64,000 bases of DNA. Origin: Dudresnaya verticillata (lineage: Eukaryota). The position numbers and the translations under genes are program-made. Position 1 is the first letter of the stretch. Every line of letters starts with the position of its first letter. A model generated the notes under the pieces. That model saw nothing but the letters and a program-made list of their open reading frames with translations, was not told the origin of the DNA and did not search any database. Shown here piece by piece: positions 61,201 through 64,000 of this stretch. The stretch covers positions 248,001 to 312,000 of the forward strand of contig OZ374557.1 in NCBI GenBank assembly GCA_977862235.1, written 5' to 3'.

Positions 61201-61748
61201 ACTTCGATAAGCGCATCCGCCACACGAAAAGCCGCGTCAAACTCGGAGACTACGTGTACCTCGATACCCACGATGGGAAAACGAAACTCCCGAAGTTGAA
61301 ATCCCCCGCGGAAGGGCCGTACAAAGTGCTCTTCAACGACACGCGAACACTCGTAATCGATCGCAAGGGCCTCGTTGAACGCGTCTCCGCGGACCGCTGC
61401 ATCTACGCGCCACCACCTACAACTTCGCGACCGTCGATTACGCGACCCGAAGACATTGCGGAAAAGGTCACCGAAGGCCCCGAATACGTTGTCGATCGCA
61501 TCCTCGATCACTCGACCGATGACGCCGGCAAATTCGTGTTTCGTATCAAGTGGGACGGCTACGCGACGCCTAAGTGGGAACTGCGCACGCACGTGCCCGA
61601 AGAACTCGTTTCGCGCTACTTCGCAAGGCTTCGAAGCCAAGCGGACCCGCGTGATCCCTTGCTACTCGCCCACGAATGGCTCTCCGACTGGGACCCCGAG
61701 TGGTTCCGTGGCCCCGACTTCGTGCTCCGCAATTCGTCGCACGATTAA
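58277..61748 (+). pseudogene. pol: Gypsy pol (RT, RNase H, integrase, chromodomain)
   Basis: WASPVVL, RFCVDYRRLN, MPFGLKNAPATFQR, YLDDV; DTDASA, SATESEC; AHHSLLAGHPG..CKHC, AIDILGP, YHPQTNGQTERYN, GPYKV; chromodomain EYVVDRILDH..IKWDGY..WE. Frameshift about 59075 and TGA stops at 59865 and 60627. Confidence 0.95.
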
Positions 61749-62972
61749 CGCTCCCGCTCACCCGGATTGCGCGTCGCACTGTCCTCACCACTCGAAAGGC
61801 CCCGGAGCCACACCACGCTTCCCCCCGCCACGTGCTGACTACGAAGCTGCTCACTTCGATTGCCTCGGAGCATCCGATCGCCCAGTGCCGCTCGGCGCAC
61901 ATCGCGTCCCAACTTCGTGATCCTCGACTTCGTATTTCACGACGCGTCTTCGTCGCGCACGACCACAGCCCCGACACACACGCATGCCTCGGAGCAGATG
62001 GCCGCCACCTCGCACATGACGCTACCGCAGCTGCGCACTTTCGCTGGCACACGACGCCCGCCAACGCAACCCTTGGCGGCAACCCGCCGCGCCACTCCTC
62101 TGCCGCGCGCCGCACGACACCGAGGTCCTCGGAGACGACACGCCACCGCATCAACGAGATGCGATCACGAAGCCCTTGCCCTCACGAAGTTGCGCTCCAC
62201 GCCGTCGGGCGGTGTCGACCACCCCCGCCCCAACTCAGCGCCCCTCGTGAAATCCGCAAAGGCGCACCGCGCGCACCCGGTTGCACCGCGGCACTCGCAT
62301 TACAGGGGCTGACACCGCGACGGACGGACGGACACGGTGCCCTATCCGCAATTTGTCATACGCGCCTGACGTCATACTTCGAGGCCGATGCCACCCGCAA
62401 CGCGCACTTCGACTTCGCAACCCGCGCCTCACTTGCGACACGGAGCTCACCTGTTACGACGCGCCTTCGCAACGACCACGGAGTCCTCATTGTCGCCAAG
62501 CGCAATCCTCTCGCATGGCCTCGGCGCCCCATTACGCATACGTTCCGCCCGCACCGATGCGCCCCCGAAGCAGCTCGCCCACGACAGCCCCGGAGCTCAC
62601 GCGACTTGCCCTGCGCGATCATCACAACACCCGCACAGCTCTCCGAGGAGCGCGTATACGCAGCCAACCCCCCCAAGCACCTTGGCGCGGACGCCTTCGT
62701 CTTGAGGAGGGGGCCGTGCACGTGAAATTCCGAAGTCTCGATGACCCCGCCATTCGAGAACCGAAGCTGTGATTTCGAATCCGTTTTGTCTCCGTGATTC
62801 CCGAGTCTTCGCGGACTCCGAAGTCCAAGTCAATCGCGATCCGCAACTCTCGGTTTGTCGCAGTCGGACCATATCGAAATTCTGCGCTTCGTATTGCATC
62901 GTTTGCACGCAGGCCACGCCATTTCGTAATTCGTAACCCGCGACCGGGACGATCGCTCTTGAGGGGGGGCCG

Positions 62973-63702
62973 TGTGGTATAGACGCTATCCGTGAAACGA
63001 CTCCGGGGCCTACGTGAAAATATTCGAGAAATACGAACTTCGAAATGACTCCGTAAATGCGCACGCCACGATGGCAAACGTATTACAGTGCGCATACTAT
63101 GCGCGCGCCACGATGGCATACGCATTACAGCACGCACGTGATACGAAATCGCTGACACCTCCGGACGAATCCCGAACCGACTTCGTCATCGCGCGCGCCA
63201 CGATGGCATTCGCATTACAGTGCGCACCCGATACGAAATCGCTGACACCTTCGTGACTTTCCCGTTGTTTCCCGCGCGTAGCGGCACCGGGGCCCACGAG
63301 ACACGCGCACCTCCGTATGCATCGCTGGCGCCCTTCGCAACCGCCACCATACGTGAGGCGACCGTTCGTTGGCACCGAGGCCGTTACGAATCATTCGAGT
63401 ACGAACCGTCTCCCGAGTTGACGCGCATTCGTGCTCACGTAGTGTTACTTGGCCAGTCGTCTGGCACAACCTCCGAGGGTTTCCGGCAAGCGACTAGCGC
63501 CCGGACCTCGGAGTCTTCCGTAAACGCTTGTTTCTTCGAGTTCGGTGTCTTCGTCTTCGTGACCGCGGATACAGTCGAGCCTCGCTTTCGATAGCCCCGC
63601 GCACCCGGAGTCATCCCCGGTGATCGATCGCTCGAGTTCTCCCTTCCGCACACGAATACGTTGACACCGTGGTCCTTCGTGTTGGTCCTCCGCTCTACCA
63701 CG
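62973..63702 (+). repeat. Gypsy 3' LTR with internal ~90-bp tandem repeats
   Basis: Follows the PPT; TGTGGTATAG...CTCTACCACG termini; GCGCGCGCCACGATGGCA..CGCATTACAG..GATACGAAATCGCTGACACCT repeated at about 63101 and 63191. Confidence 0.75.
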
Positions 63703-63750
63703 CTACCACCCCTTTTCGTTTCTCCGTTAGGCTACGAGGCCATTCGTTAG

Positions 63751-64000
63751 TGTAGTGAAAACCCACGAACTCCGAGACGGACAGCTGGCCTGACTTTCCT
63801 TAACGGACGAGAGCAACCCTACCTCCACGGGGTGGTAGAGCAGTTCGCACCGAGACGGGAGAACAGAGAGCGGCTGACCGAGACGGATATTGGGAAGCAA
63901 CAGACAAGGGGTGGTACAAGTGCCGGGACGGACTCCGTAACGGTGGTGGTGGTAGACCGCAACGGGCTCGGCGCGGGGAAAACCGTAAAGGATTGGGCTA
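63751..64000. mobile_element. Start of another LTR, same family as the solo LTR at 16762-17437
   Basis: Begins TGTAGTGAA; shares CGGGGTGGTAGAGC..AGTTCG, CAGACAAGGGG..GGTACA and GGGGAAA..CCGTAAAGGA blocks with 16837-17010. Confidence 0.75.

Larger units (their letters stand above)
58277..63702 (+). mobile_element. 5'-truncated Ty3/Gypsy chromovirus-like LTR retrotransposon
   Basis: RT-RH-IN-chromodomain order, PPT GAGGGGGGGCCG and 3' LTR; gag, protease and 5' LTR are absent. Confidence 0.92.

Noticed and set aside
61375..62772. Long overlapping ORFs downstream of Gypsy pol (env-like?)
   Set aside because: Arg/Pro/Ala-rich products of GC-rich sequence open in several frames; no TM segment or known motif.

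Overview
Eukaryotic, transposon-dense DNA with essentially intron-free ORFs. The TE repertoire and gene style suggest a red-alga-like genome, but this is inference only. From left to right: two divergently oriented, decayed Sola-like (DUF7869-type) transposase genes (0.4-2.5 kb, 6.3-8.1 kb); a two-pore calcium channel pseudogene (9.1-11.2 kb); a COR-TIR (Roco-type) gene fragment (12.7-14.0 kb); a Crypton-like tyrosine-recombinase element interrupted by two solo LTRs with 5-bp TSDs (15.2-18.7 kb); and the right end of a CACTA/EnSpm-like element (21.5-21.7 kb). Next is a ~30-kb block (about 21.7-51.9 kb) bounded by AT-rich repeat tracts. It holds five large, decayed genes in a divergent layout: a SWIM+CxC KDZ/Zisupton-type transposase and a long PIF1-helicase gene on the minus strand; a UPF1/SEN1-like SF1 helicase gene, an unknown gene and a Ulp1/C48 protease gene on the plus strand. 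A young full-length Copia (31910-36999) has inserted into this block. The most striking signal is that each of the five genes is preceded, on its own strand, by the same motif GCGGCTTATT followed by an AG 11-12 nt later. This suggests a giant cargo-carrying KDZ transposon with a shared, element-specific expression or splicing signal. The right end of the window has a Tc1/mariner MITE, a frameshifted GT34-like glycosyltransferase and a 5'-truncated chromodomain Gypsy with its 3' LTR.
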